Position numbers and translations under genes: made by a program. A DNA stretch of 64,000 nucleotides, from NCBI RefSeq assembly GCF_009914755.1, contig NC_060932.1; one strand, 5' to 3'. Below, in pieces: positions 1 through 13,660 of the stretch; the stretch's first letter is position 1, and the number at the start of each line of letters is the position of its first letter. The DNA comes from the human T2T-CHM13v2.0 reference genome, Homo sapiens. A model generated the notes under the pieces. The model was not told where the DNA came from and did not search any database. It saw nothing but the letters and a program-made list of their open reading frames with translations.

Positions 1-435
1 GGAATCTAAAGTCCCTTCCATGGCCTAAAAAGCATTTTGTGGTCCGGCTCAGCCCACCTCTCCAACCCCATCCCCTAACACTCTTCTCTTACTCATTACT
101 TCCCAGCCACACTGGTCTTCTTCTGTTTTAAAACATACCAAGTTCATTTCCATCTCAGGGTCTTTGCACTTGTCCTTTGCTTGCCTATGCATCTTCTTCC
201 AGACATTCACATGGCTTGCTCTTCCGTATTTTTTAGGTTTCAGCTCAAGTGATACTTCCTTGGACATGTTCTCTCTGACAACCTTGGCCACAGTAGCATT
301 CACCCTGCCCATTTTCTAGCTCTTCTTTACCCCTTCATAAGCTCTGTTAAGGACTGTATCTGTTTTTTTTTTTTTTTTCACTTATTGTATTATGGCTAAA
401 ACCAAATAAATGCCATTGGAATGAATGAATGAACA
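1..435 (+). mobile_element. L2 LINE 3' fragment
   Basis: L2-like body ending in the typical L2 tail AATAAATG...GAATGAATGAATGAA (~405-433). Confidence 0.75.
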
Positions 436-909
436 AACAGACTCCCTTTCATGGAGACTGGGAGGTAGGGTCCCATTTTTATTGTAAACTTAGGAAGGAT
501 GACTAAAATGCTCTCTAATTCCATATCTCGTATCTTATTTGCATGTACTGGGTTCTGAAATTCTCAGTGGAATGTCTAGAATCAAGAGGAAAATTGTAGG
601 TTTTGGGTTTAAGTGAAGAATGTCACCTCCCAGGTTGTATCCTCTTGTTTCTTCGAGTTCTTTCTTTGAGCAGGTTTTTTTTTGTTTTGTTTTTTTGTTT
701 TTTGTTTTTTGTTTTTTTTGCTACTGTTATGGGAACAGCACTGGATTTGACACTGAGAAACACATCCAAGAAGTGTGAGAAGTATTTCTTGCCTTTTAGG
801 AACATATAATTTAATTGTGAAGACAGTGAAATATGTAGACATGCATGCATTCTTCTCCCAATACACACACACACTGACTGCAGTAAAATATAAACGAGTA
901 TTAATAAAA

Positions 910-1105
910 ATAACCAATAATTTTGAATATTAAGAATATCAGGCACTTTGCTAAATATCTGATGTGTATATGACATGCAATCCTCACACTAACCATATAT
1001 GGTTGGCATTATTATTTTCCTCATCTTTAAGACGAGGAAACTGGGATTCACTTAGTAACTTGCCCAAGATTACAGACTCAGCAAATGGGGGAGCCCTACT
1101 CGAAA
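910..1105 (-). mobile_element. MIR SINE
   Basis: Reverse MIR core GACGAGGAAACTGGG...AGTAACTTGCCCAAGATTACA. Confidence 0.8.
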
Positions 1106-1479
1106 TCTTGCTTAAAATCATCATCTATTCAGTAACATTTTGGATATAGGATAAGCACTGGGTATATTTTGAAGAATTTCCAGATTTTACAAAAACAAAA
1201 AAGGTAAGAAAAGGTACTTGGACTGGGAACACAATGTAAACAAGATCCGACTACTAAAATGTGAAATGCAATTCTCAGGTTAAAGCCATTGGAATAGAAA
1301 ATTCTAGAACCTACCTTCTCTGTGTCTAGAGACCTACTCACACCTGGAGTGACTGAATTTTTATACATATAGAATCAGGCCTGCTCAGTTCAGGGACATG
1401 TATCAATACTTTCATGTCTACCCTTTTGCTGTAAAAAAGAGTCATAAACTGTTCTTCACCTTCTGAATCAGAGTCTGAG

Positions 1480-1668
1480 CCTGCCTGCCTTCTTTCCTTC
1501 CTTCTTTCCTTCCTTCCTTCCTTCTTCCCTCCCTCCCTCTCCCACTTCCTCCCTCCTTCCTTCCCCTTCCTTCCTTCCTCTTTTTTCTCTCTCCCTTCTT
1601 CCCTCCCTCCCTCCCTTCCTTCCTTCCTTTCTTCCTTCCTTCCTTCTTTCCTTCCTTCCCTCCTTTCA
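1480..1668. repeat. (CCTT)n-type polypyrimidine low-complexity tract
   Basis: About 190 nt almost entirely C/T. Confidence 0.95.
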
Positions 1669-1732
1669 TTTTACACGAATTGATAACCTAGTATGTGCCA
1701 GTTCTCTTGCTAGATACCATTAAGAAACACTT

Positions 1733-1849
1733 GACCAGGTGTGGTGGCTCATGCCTGTAATCACAGCACTTTGGGAGGCCAAAGCAGTAGGATCACTTGG
1801 GGCCAGGAGTTCAAGACCAGCCTGGTCAACATAGAGAGACCTCATCTCT

Positions 1850-1908
<59 letters not shown>

Positions 1909-2063
1909 TAAAAATTAGCTGGGCATGCTGGCATGTACCTGTGGTCCCAGCTACTTGGAAGGTTGAGGTGGGAGGATTGGTTGACCCTAGGTGGTTGAGA
2001 TTGCAGTGAGCTGTGATTGCACCCCAGTCTGTGTGACAGAGGGAGATCCTGTCTCAAAAAAAG
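1733..2063 (+). mobile_element. AluJ with (CA)n microsatellite in the central linker
   Basis: Dimeric Alu with J-type GGTGGGAGGATT and GTGGTCCCAG; (CA)n at ~1851-1904; partial TSD AAGAAAC. Confidence 0.93.
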
Positions 2064-2206
2064 AAACTTACGGCATATTTGTAAAATAATATAATCTTGA
2101 CCAAAATGAACACATTTGTATAGATTTGTGACATTACGACTTGTTACTGATTTGTCTGTTATTGTCTTCTAGCTTCATAAACAGAAACAAATAAACAGAA
2201 AATCCT

Positions 2207-2507
2207 TCTCAGCAAGCTAGCACAGGAACAGAAAACCAAACCCCACAGGTTCTCACTTATAAGTGGGAGTTGAACAATGAGAACACGTGGACACAGAGAG
2301 GGGAGCATCACACACCAGGGCCAGTTGGGGGTTGGGGGCGAGGGGAGGGAGAGCATTAGAACAAATAGCTAAGGCATGTGGGCTTCAAACCTAGATGACA
2401 GGTTGATAGGTGCATCAAACCACCATGGCACATGTGCACCTATGTAACAAACCTACACGTTCTGCACTTGTATTCCAAAACTTAAAGTAAAATTTAAAAA
2501 AAGAAAA
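2207..2507 (+). mobile_element. 5'-truncated L1PA (PA8-PA13-like) 3' end
   Basis: L1PA 3' UTR (GGGAGAGCATTAG...AACCTAGATGAC...AACTTAAAGTAAAA), A tail, TSD AGAAAATCCT at 2197-2206 and 2508-2517. Confidence 0.93.
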
Positions 2508-2553
2508 AGAAAATCCTGTTACCACAAGTATCATGGGTGCTTAACTTCATTAT

Positions 2554-2567
2554 GTTACCATGGCAAC
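2554..2567. promoter_or_regulatory. RFX X-box motif GTTACCATGGCAAC
   Basis: 13/14 match to the palindromic X-box GTTGCCATGGCAAC; motif only, activity unknown. Confidence 0.4.
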
Positions 2568-3413
2568 TCCAAGGACCATAACTTTTCAAGGGCAGATTGA
2601 TACCAGTAAAATATTATGATAATCTCATGACAGGGCAGGCTCATGATAATCTGGATGATGCTCTCTTCTCTGTTGATGAATTTTTTCCCATTTGAGATGG
2701 ATTTAAGCTGTTTAATTGCTTGCTCCTAGTTTGCCTGTGTTATAAGAGTAAATATGATTATCTACGGGAAGGATATTATAATTATCATCTACTTTTTATA
2801 GATAAAGAAATGGAGGCTTAAAGAAGTCAGAGGAATGGATGTAATCACTCCACTAATAAACTACATTATGTAGAAATAAATTTATGTTATGTGAGGATGA
2901 CACTATCAGAAGTTTTTAGATGCATAGGAAAAGTTTACAGTGCTCATTGGTAGAATAATAATCACATGGCCAAATTTCACAGGAGGAAGTTAAAGCCCCA
3001 GATGGATGGGTGATAGGGGCTTTAAAATGCAGCAGATAAAGGATTCTTCCATAGGTCCACATTTAGGTCTTGTTACATAGACTTCACATGTTTAATGCCC
3101 AGTAACATAACAACTATGCAGCCTCTGGACAATTTAGCAAGAGGAAGCTGGTGGTGTAATGAGAACTTCTACTTAGGTGGATGCTAGGTTTAGGTGCTGA
3201 AACTTGCCAGCAATGTGCAATAATCATGCAGGAGTCTCAGAGGGATGCGGTTGGGGATAAAAGTCCACTGTGGCTTCCTACTGCATAGAATACTAGTGGC
3301 ACCACGTCTTCTATCAGAAAACCAGAGGACATGTAGCAAAAGTATTCACTAAACTTCTCAGTCCTGGTGTACTCTCATATCCCTTTCTTAAAACATGTAT
3401 CTGTTGAGCTCAC

Positions 3414-3844
3414 TGACACAGTTTGGATGTTTGTTCCCTCCAAATCTCATGTTGAAATTTGATCTCCAATATTGGAGATGGGGCCTAGAGGGAGGTGTTT
3501 GGGTCATGGGGTCAAGGGAGTTCCCTCATGAATAAGTGAGTTCTCAGTCTAGTCATTCACATAAGAGCTGGTTGCTTAAAAGAGCCTGGCACCTCCTCCC
3601 CTCTCTCTTGGTGTTTTCTTATCTCTTGTTTCCTCTCTCACCATGTAATACACTGGCTCCCCCTGCCCTCCATCAGGAATAAAAAATTTTCTGAAATCTC
3701 ACCAGAAGCCAAGCAGAAGCCAGCACCATGCTTCTTGTACAGCCTGCAGAATGATGAGCCTTTGTCCTTTTAAATAAACCTTCGTCCTTTATAAATTACC
3801 CAGCCTCAGGATTCCTTGAAATCAATGCAAAATAAACTAGTGCA
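3414..3844 (+). mobile_element. MSTB-type MaLR solo LTR
   Basis: TG...CA ends, MST 5' motif TTTGGATGTTTGTTCCCTCCAAATCTCATGTTG, AATAAA, 5-bp TSD CTCAC at 3409-3413 and 3845-3849. Confidence 0.92.
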
Positions 3845-4081
3845 CTCACTATAGCAAAATTCAACCTGTATATGATTTATGTGCTCATTGTCACCAAACC
3901 TCAAACTTTGGAAAGAAATAAACACTTCTGCTTAGTCTCATATGATATAAAAAACTTCATTAGGCAGAAACTAAGCCTATTTTATGCAGTGGTATACAAT
4001 GATGATTATCTAGAATTTAGAATAGTGACTGGCACATAGATTGCCCCTCAATACAAATTTATGATTAGAAGTGATGATACT

Positions 4082-4620
4082 GTTATCAGTCAATATTTGC
4101 AATACACATAACAGAACTTAATCAGTCCAAGTGGCTTGAGGAAATTAGGACAATCTTAAATGATATTGTACATCTTACAAAATTTCTGGGAAGGTCAGAA
4201 AATCATGATTGGAGGCCTAATCTTTGGGAAAAAAAACCCTTCAAGTTATACTCTCTGACTGTTCCCATTGAGACTCAGTTGCTGCTGCCAGTGGACATAG
4301 ACATTGCGGCTTCCATAGATGACACTAGCCACGGACAACACCACCCGGATTCCCACCACTGCCACCTCTCAATGCTGCATGCCACTCCAACATCCCTCTT
4401 TCTAGTGGGCTTGGTGTGATGCCTTCTTTCCTCACTCTCTTACAAAGTACAACATCATCCAAATGCACCTGATGGATGGAGCCTAGGTCACTTTGAGGGT
4501 TATTTGAGAAGAGGCTGTGAAGATGAGTCTATGACTTCTTTGAGGTGGAGGGATTCAAAAGTTATGAATTCAGTCACATATGGAGACAAAGTCTGAAAAA
4601 TGGCCACTAAAGGCTCAAGT
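4082..4620 (-). mobile_element. Old MLT1 (L-O class) MaLR LTR remnant
   Basis: Degenerate MLT1-like start and the motif CTGATGGATGGAGCCTAGGTCAC. Confidence 0.45.
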
Positions 4621-5589
4621 TCATTATTATAGAATGTGGATTGTTATAATGGCAGAGAGTCAGGCTTAAGAGGGAAGAGACTGGAGAAGATGTAATATGA
4701 GAGAAAAAGCTTAGTCTGTATAAGCTGCACTAAGTGAGGCTTGAGGGGCCGTATTGTGTGCTCTTTATCAGTCAGGGGAATTATGTGATCCATAAACTTC
4801 CCTAAGACCACCCTGGGTCTCCATTTTACTATTTGGTATCAGAGATCCCGTGGCTACCCAGCAGGAAGGGGATTGAGATAGTCATACAACACACTGACTC
4901 TCTCAAATAATTAGGAATTGAGAAGATTTTGTGGAAGTTATAAAGGCATGTTCAGAGATAATTTGGAAAGGAGTAAAAAGCAAAAGATCTGATGGATGTA
5001 AAATCTTTCCATGTATCCTTTGGTAAATATGATATAAATTTTAGGGCTTCAAATTATCAGACTGAATGAAATTAGTTAAAATTAATTGAACTATTTTGAT
5101 GAAAATTCTTAGTGTTTAATTTGATGCCTGTGGTTTTGAACTGATGGATTTCAGAATGACATTGAATTTCAACAGAATATGTTAATAGGTGCAGAACTGC
5201 ATGAAGCTGATGGAAATAGATTGTCAAAAATCACCTCAAAAACACATTGGCAGTGTTCCTGGAGCTTGCTTTAATAGCCTCATCAAAAAGCAGGCATTGT
5301 CCAACAACTAATAAAACAGGAAAAAGATTGAGCTTAATGTTAATGACCATCAACTTGTTGATTTGAGCTGCAATTCTCCTCTGTGTCAGTGCATTTATAC
5401 TCTTGAAAACAAAAGAAGGGAGGTGGCCACGGTACATTTGTAAGCCAGAGACACAGGCCCCATGCACAGGCTAGATTAGTATTTTTATATTACCCATAAT
5501 TCTGCAGGAGAAGGAAAATTTAAGCACATCAGAAGTTACAAAGGCATTAATCATTTTGTATTGAGCATGGCTTAAAATCCACTGATTTC

Positions 5590-6225
5590 ACTCTCAACTA
5601 TTTATTGAGCCTTTGCCTGAGGTGGGTGCTATGTTAGTGCCAGGGCACACAATGGTGAACAGAACTCAGTAAGTCTCTCAGCCCCACTAGAAATAATTGG
5701 AGTCAAACGTCACTCAAATAGGCACGTACATGAACTGAAAATCAGGAGCAATGCATCAGACTAAGAAGGTTTATGGAAATGGCATTTAACCTTGTCATAA
5801 GATCAGGGAAGCCTTCTTTGAAAAGAAGATGCTTTATCTGAAATCTGAAAGGTGATCAGGAGGTGACCAGATGGGAAATGAAGGAAGAACATTTCAAGGA
5901 GAGGGAGCACCATGTGAAAAGTCTACCTGGCTGGACAAAAGCATGAAGAGAATAAGGAGCACGGTGAAATCTATGTGGGAGTCTGAGAGCTCAGAGGTGT
6001 GGGTAGGTATAATGGGGTGTGAGCAATTTGGTGGCACAAGCATGGGATTTGAGAATATAATAGGGCTGGAGACATATGTAGGGGACAGACCTCCAAGGAC
6101 TTATAAAGGATTTGGTATCTATAATGATGGCAATGAGAAGGCAATGAAATGTATTAAGTAGTGGGGTGTCTTGATCTGTTTATTTTTTCCTTTTTTTCAG
6201 GCCACTTTGGTTGCATTATGCACTG
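5590..6225 (-). mobile_element. L2 LINE fragment
   Basis: CAACTATTTATTGAGC reverse L2 tail followed by purine-rich L2 body (AGGGAAGCCTTCTTTGAAAAG, GAGAAGGCAATGAAATG). Confidence 0.75.
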
Positions 6226-7119
6226 TCACATGAAAATATCTTGTGCAGCTGACTTTTCTCAGATTTATCTGGGCTAACAATTGTGAATGCTTGGAGGTGA
6301 CAGTGACTGAAGGGAGACCCTTGGTGTCTATCCTATTTTACACATTTACAACATATGAATCACAGCCAGAGTTGGAGCTGTAGCCTTGGTTTAAAGAAAC
6401 CGTCTGGCACACATGCAAACTGTGCTCTCAGAGAAGCCACATTGCACTGCCATGAGCTACTGGGTATGGTCAGCTGATATTACCAGAGGTCATCAGGCTG
6501 CCACATGTTTGGTGAGTCTGTTTCTCAATTGTGACCATGCTTAGAGGCTGGAAATAATATTCTGCCCATTCAACAATGGCTCATATAGCCCCTTATATCT
6601 TCAACTACATCATCCTGAAACTTGAGTTTGTTGCCTCATGTGGTTGTAAACTCTGCCACATTGCAAAGCATCACCTGAATCATTTCGTCAAGATCTGGGT
6701 AAAATTTCCCACCAAGCCACTAGTGCCGATTTGAACCATTATCCTCAGTTGTATAACAACTAGGCATTTGCATGTGCAGTTAGAGAGCCTGCAATACAGA
6801 TCAGCCTCTGGGCACGTGCAGCCAGTATCTACAAGATCCAGAAGGTCCAGCAGGCCAGGCTATGACAGAAATGACCAGCTTTGTAAAACTTGAAAAATTT
6901 TGATGAATGAATTTAACTCTAACAATAACTCTAATAATAACAAGACTGGCAAGGCGACATAATTGTTTTCATTTTATAGATGATGACCCACATGTTTTTG
7001 GTCTTTGATGAAATGATTGTTTCATTCAAAGCTATTTTGAATAAAGGTCACAGAATTCCACTCAAAATTTTTTAAACAAGAAAGGATATTTATTATAAAA
7101 TCACAGAAATAATTATCAT

Positions 7120-7595
7120 TAGTTAATTCATTAATTCATTCATCTTCTTATTGTTTGTCTATGATGTTGCAGAGTCTATGTTAGGCTTTGAAAATAAAAG
7201 GATAAACTAAAGTGCACACAGACTCTGCTTTCATACAACTTACAGTCTGGTAAAAAAGGATAGATACTATTCAAACAATCACACAAAGGTAAAATTTGAA
7301 TTTTGTACTTACTGTGACAAGTAACATGAAGAAGACTGGATTGATGCTATGAAGGCCCAGGTTAGTGGAGTTGACCAGCCCAAGCTGAGATCTGAAAAGG
7401 AGTTAATTAGGAGGAGACGGGACAGAAGAGAGTCCCAGGCTGAGGGAACAGCATAGGCAAATGTGCCTGGTTTTCAGGAAGCATGGAAAGAACTGCAGAC
7501 CAAAGAAGGACAATGTGGCTGAAGAAGGCAAGGCGACAAAAAACGAAAGGGAGGTGAAGCAGAGGAGGACAAAAGCCAGATGATCAGAAAGAACA
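7120..7595 (-). mobile_element. L2 LINE fragment
   Basis: TTCATTCAT tail plus L2 body motifs (AAGCTGAGATCTGAA, GAGGGAACAGCAT). Confidence 0.7.
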
Positions 7596-7599
7596 CTAG

Positions 7600-9050
7600 A
7601 CATAATACTAATATACATACTTTATGCAAATTGTATCAGTATTTCCACTAATATTCCTTTTCTGGTGCAGGGTCGAATCTAGGATTACAGAATGCATTTA
7701 GCTGTCATGTCTCCTTGGTCTCTCCAATCTGTGACAGTTCCTTGGTCTTTTCTTTCATGACTTTGACACTTTTGAAGAGTCCTATCTAGTTCTTTGTCAA
7801 GAATGCCCCTCAGTCTGGTTTGTCTGATATTTCTTTATAATTAAATTCAGGTTATGCATTTTTGGCAAGAACACTGCACAAGTGATAATGTGTCATTCTC
7901 ATGGCGTTGAATTAGGAGGCAAATGATGTCAATTTGTCCCCAAAATGTTAACTTTGATCATTTTGCTAAGGCGGTAACTGCCAGACTTCTCCCCTCTATA
8001 GTAACTGTTTTCTCTTTATAATTAATGGGTATCTTTCCAAGAGATATTTTGACACTATATTACTACCCTATTTCTCAGGATATTTTCACCCATTCATTAT
8101 ATTCATAGATGATCCTTGCCTAAAACAATGATTACCTGGTATTTGTCACATGGTGATTTTGTATTTATTTCTTCTACTTTTATTCACTGAAATTCTACTT
8201 TAAGACGGAGCTTTCTCTTTCCACTTTTATTTATTTGCTCTATTATTTATTTATATCATTAGGTACTCATGAAATATTATTTTGTATTGATTAGAATCCA
8301 TTCTGTCATTGTGTATTTTGATTATCAAATTGTCCCTGATTTGGCCATAGCTAGCCCCATCAAGTTGGCTTCTGTGTCTTTTTTAATTTTCCTGGTCATT
8401 TTTTTTGAGAGCTTCCTGGCTTTTCTGAACTACAAAGATGCTCCATCCTCATCTTATATTTCACCTTGCCCCAGTCCTTGAGATCAACTCTTTTCTTTGA
8501 GGCTTGAAGAATGACATTGAAAAATCAAGGGCTTCTTGTGGGGGTTAGAGTGTCATTGTTTGTGATCTTCTCTGTGGACAGTTATGTCTGTTTCTATACT
8601 CATCTATCTGTACATATATTTAAAAACATGAGTTTATACTGATGCTTCCAATTTCAGTCCAACACCACAGGACTCATGCTAGCTTTCCCCCTTTCCTTAT
8701 TTATAACTCCATTTCCAACAGTAAGAAACCTGGCTCTCATTATCTATGATATATTAACTTATTTGCTCAATCCCAGAATACACATAAGTAGTTTCAAAAT
8801 TGCCAACCATACCCCTGTGAAAAATGAAGTTCCTAACTAGAGCACAATATTTGTGTATAGTTCTTTTCATCTTTAACATTAGAGTACAGTCAATACTTAT
8901 TTTTTAAAATCATATTAAAGTGAACTCATATTCCTATAAAAACAAACCTACTAACTAGAGGATCATATTTATATACAGTTATTCTTTTTGCGTTTATCCT
9001 TAGAATACATAGTCAATACTTATTTTCTTGAAATCGTGTTACATACAAAT
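7600..9050 (-). mobile_element. Old L1M (L1MC/MD/ME-like) 3' UTR
   Basis: GCATTTAGCTGTCATGTCTCC, CCAACAGTAAGAAACCTGGCTC; homologous to 40285-41640. Confidence 0.7.
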
Positions 9051-9249
9051 TCAGGCCTCTGTCTGGGTTAGCTGATAATAAATTCAATCACAGACATTAT
9101 TAGGGCTTCCTTTCCTTAGCCCCACATTTTTACAGAGGTCCTAACCATCTTAAGAAGGGAGAAACCCTCTGGGGAAAATTCTCCAGTCTTTGGACCACAC
9201 AGCATGGGCAGGAGGTATTTTTCTGAAGGCAAGGACATAGATCCCAACC

Positions 9250-9625
9250 ATGTCAATCCCTAACCTGCAATTTGACAGTATTTGGAGATAGGGCATTTAG
9301 AGAAGTAATTAAGGTGAAATGAGATCCTAAGGATGGGACCCTCATCTGATAGGGCTGAGGTCCCTATAAGAAGAGAAAGAGACCCCAGAGCTCTCTCTCT
9401 CTTTCTGTCTGCACACACACACAGAGAAGAAATCATGTGGGAACACAGTGAGAAGGTGGCTATATATAAGCCAGGAAGAAGGCCTTACCAAGAACTAACC
9501 CTTATCGCATCTTGATTGCAATGTTTGAAACTTCTAGCTTCCAGAACCGTGAGAAAATACATTTCTGTTGTTTAAACCACCCAGTCTGTGGTATTTTGTT
9601 ATGGCAGCTGAGCAAATGAATATAG
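9250..9625 (+). mobile_element. MLT1A/B MaLR LTR
   Basis: GTATTTGGAGATAGGGC, CTTCCAGAACCGTGAGAAAATACATTTCTGTTGTTTAAACCACCCAGTCTGTGGTATTTTGTTATGGCAGC. Confidence 0.88.
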
Positions 9626-10234
9626 GAGGGAACAGTTACAACTGAAAATATTCCAAATACTATTTGTAGAGAGGTTCTAGGATGTATTGCTTTCATAAAA
9701 CAAGAATACGCTCCTGGGAAATTGCAACTTTCTGTGACTAAAAATATTCTTAGAAATTTAAAATCTGATTTACAAACTAAAATATTCAATAGAAGGGCTA
9801 GAATACAATATTGAGAAAATCTCCAAGGGCAAAAAGTAAAATGAAAGAGAGAAAAAAATATTAAGAATAAGGCTAGAGATATATAACATTAAGGTCAAAT
9901 AAGTATCCAATTCCTTATTAATAGGATTTCAAAATACATCAAGAGAAATGGAAAGGAGAAAGAAAATATTTTTTAAAAAATAGATAAACTCATCTTAAAG
10001 CTGAAGAAATATACAAGTGCTGACTAGAAAGAATAAAAAGAGACACATACCTAGGTAAACTCTCATGAAATTTCATAGACCCGAAGATAAATATAACCTG
10101 GAGCTTCCAGACAGAAAATAAAAAGTCTCTTACCAAGGAAAAAAAGTAATACCAACATCAAAACAGCAATACTAGATGCTAGAAGGGCCTTCAAAGTTCT
10201 GAGAGGAAATAATATTACATATTATTAACATGAA

Positions 10235-10400
10235 GAACTAACATTTATTGAATGTCATGTGCTAGACATTATTATAGATGCTTTATATAAATTATTTTAT
10301 TTAACTCTCTCAACAATCCTTTGAAATAGATATTATTATTAAACACATTTTCCAGATGAGGAAACTGAGGCAGAAAGGTTAAGTGACATTCTTTAGTTAG
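10235..10400 (-). mobile_element. MIR SINE
   Basis: CATTTATTGAATG...CAGATGAGGAAACTGAGGCAGAAAGGTTAAGTGAC. Confidence 0.85.
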
Positions 10401-10932
10401 AGCTACTGAGAGTTCTATGTTCAGCTAAATTATTATCCAGGTATGACAGCAATGAAAAGAACATTCAGAAATTTAAGATCTTAAAAAAATAAAATCTCTT
10501 TAAAAATTGCATTAGAGTATATTCTCAAAACAGATCAGCAAATGCACAAACACAAATAAAACAGAAGATATCCCCAAAGGAAGAAGAGAGGAGCTCCAAG
10601 AAATAGCTGAATTCACCCAGCTAATGAGAAAAAATCCTAGGAAGGTTTGAGAGTAGTTTAATTTAGTCCCAGTCACATGATATTAGTGATGTGGTGAGTT
10701 AGGCATGTGTTTCTTTTGTCAATAAGAAAAAGAAAGACCATTAGAACCTTCAGGCAAAACAAAACTCTTTATAAGCAAGCGATGTTTCAAATATAAAACA
10801 AGCTATGACGTAGTAAGATTTGGATCACATATGTTAGATATAAGCAATGAGACTCCATTGAATGCAAACCTTTGGAGCTTTGTCCTTTGAGTCATGTAGA
10901 TTTGGTAACATAGGATTATATGATTTATTTTA

Positions 10933-11231
<299 letters not shown>

Positions 11232-11452
11232 TTAGAACATGCATATTATGTATATTTACACAATCAAAGCATAACATTTAAATATACATTTTGGAGATAA
11301 ACATTAATACGGACTGGCAATATAGAAATCATGGTATAGTAGAAAGAATCAGAAATCAGAAAGTGATGGCAGGGGCTTAGGGAAGGAAGACAGTTAGAAG
11401 GTGATATAAGAAGGTGAATTGCATTATCTTATACAATGTAAAATCAAGATGC

Positions 11453-11925
11453 TGTGTCTGTTGGGTCCTCTGGGAAGTAGACACTGAGATGGAGTTGGGG
11501 ATACACGAGGTTTATTGGAGGGTAATGCCGTGAACCATGGAGGGAGTGGAAACAGGATTGGGCTAGGAAAGCCTTCAGAGTGTCAAACAGAGAAGACGTC
11601 CAAGAATGGAAAGGTAGATGGAAGCGGGATTAGGCAAGGAGAACTTCAGACCAGGATGCCGATCTGACTATGGCTCAGTCAAATCAACAGGGCACTCTGG
11701 AGCAAAGACTGCTCAACAGAAGAGACCTGGAAGGGCAGAAATGGCCCAGTCATAGGATTCCCACTACATACACTTCATCGTTGGCTGAGACCTGGCTGGG
11801 ACAAGCTTGGCGTTGGCTCAAAAGCTGAAATGAATCCTAAACAGGCTGCAACCGAAGACTGTCAATTAACTGCATTTCTTGAACTGAATGGCAAATTTTT
11901 CTTGACGGGAGTATGAATGGTACAC
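11453..11925 (-). mobile_element. ERVL-class LTR (LTR16/LTR33-like)
   Basis: GGGTCCTCTGGGAAGTAGACACTGAGATGGAG...GGTTTATTGG (reverse AATAAA). Confidence 0.6.
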
Positions 11926-11926
11926 G

Positions 11927-12103
11927 CAGGGCCAGTTTCATGGGTGTGGAACCTGTGTAGTCATACAAAGCCTTATGCTTAGAAGGGTCCTTTCCTTGGT
12001 TTAATGCTCTGCTGTTGCTGTCTTAAAATTCTTAATAATTTTTGAATAAGGGACCAACATTTTCAGTTTTTACAGAGCCCTGCAAATTACATAGCTGGTC
12101 CTA
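11927..12103 (+). mobile_element. MER45A-like hAT-Tip100 MITE
   Basis: ~177 bp, TIRs CAGGGCCAG.../...CTGGTCCT, internal CTTGGTTTAATGCTCTGCTG...AATTCTTAATAATTTTTGAA. Confidence 0.8.
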
Positions 12104-12539
12104 GGTGTACTACCATGGATGCAAAGAGATTTGTCTAGAAGTTTTTGGAAATAGAAATTGAGGTTTAAGTGTATCTTAAAATAGTAAAGGAAAGCAAATA
12201 AAAAACAAAAGTAAGATAACTAACAAAATTGGTTACCTGATTGAAATGTGAGAAGACATTATGAACATCCAACTTGACGAGACGAATTCCTTATCTGCAA
12301 AGGTGCAAAGGTGAAGCATCACTAAATACTAAGTAAGTTTTTGGAGTCAAGAAGTAGAGGTGAAAGTGTGTTATTTAGAATTATTGTGAAAATCTCCAGG
12401 TGGACTTAAACAGACACACTTATTTTTGGGAAATGGAATTAAATGAAGGAAAGGGTTTTATGGTGGAAAATTTTCATTTTTCATTTTAATATATTTTACC
12501 CCTCAATCCTTCATCTACATGCATTTTAAAATTCAGAAA

Positions 12540-13467
12540 TGAAACTCTTAGGTCAACTAGTGGATAGACCATATGTGTTTAAATTTACTTCCTGAAACCT
12601 CATTAAAATGAGAATAAAGGACAAAAGAGGCATACATTCTCAAAAAGAGAGAGAACAGAATGAAGCCCATTAAAAGATAAGAAAATTTAATACATCTAGG
12701 AATTAATAGAAAGTGATAGCTAATGCTCAGGACACATGACCCTCAGCTAGAAAGTGGGAAGTGTGTGCGCTGACCAGGAACATAACTGATCTGATGAACC
12801 CTGGAGAGGCTCTGGAGATGGTATGGAGGAGGGGAAGAGTAGGGCATGTGGCTGGAGGCTGGAAGATTCAGGAAAAGCCTATTTATAGCACAGTTGACCT
12901 AGCTACACTCCGTTTTCTACATTTGGAAGGCTCAGTGGTCTTGCATTTAGCCCTCAGAAAAAACAACAAACTTGAGCCTCTGAAGACATTGTGAACATTG
13001 GCATCTCAGAACAAAACCTCCATATGCTGGCATTTAAGAGGCCACTAGTATGATAGCTATCTACATATCAGCTTGCCCTGGGGGGAAGGCTGCCAGTCTA
13101 TATGCCTCCTCCATGGACACAGGGCTCACCATTAGCTGTTACAGTGCCCAACCTCATATGGGAAATTGAGAACCAAGGAACACCAGATATTTGAACAAAG
13201 ATAACGAGATAAAAAAAGAAAGATCATAAAGGAATAGAAAAAATTACTCCCAAAGAAACACATATAATTCAGGGAAAGGAAGACAGTCTCATAAATTTAA
13301 AACAACTACAGAACCATCATTTGTATCTTAAGAGATTTAACAAGCTAGTAATATTCTATTCATAAAGTAAGATAGACTCTTATGAAGAGAGAAACTAGTG
13401 AACAAATAGAGAACTTGGAAGTTAAAGATAGACTGCTAAAATGAAGAAAGGGAAGAAGTAACTCTGG

Positions 13468-13545
<78 letters not shown>

Positions 13546-13660
13546 AAGAGAAAATGTATGAGCATAGAAGATTAATTTAGGAAGTCCTGCATCAACATAA
13601 TATGAAGTCCAGAGAAGAAAATAAAGGATCAAGAACATCATTTAAATTTAAAAATTACTC
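12540..13660 (+). mobile_element. Old L1/HAL1 5' region and ORF1 remnant
   Basis: GAGAACTTGGAAGTTAAAGATA, GAAGATTAATTTAGGAAGTCC...GAAGTCCAGAGAAG ORF1-like motifs. Confidence 0.5.
13470..13540. repeat. Compound (GT)n(GA)n microsatellite
   Basis: About 17 GT units followed by about 18 GA units. Confidence 0.97.

Noticed and set aside
6240-6900. Possible retroviral pol or processed pseudogene remnant
   Set aside because: No recognisable motif in the frames I translated; it needs a translated homology search.
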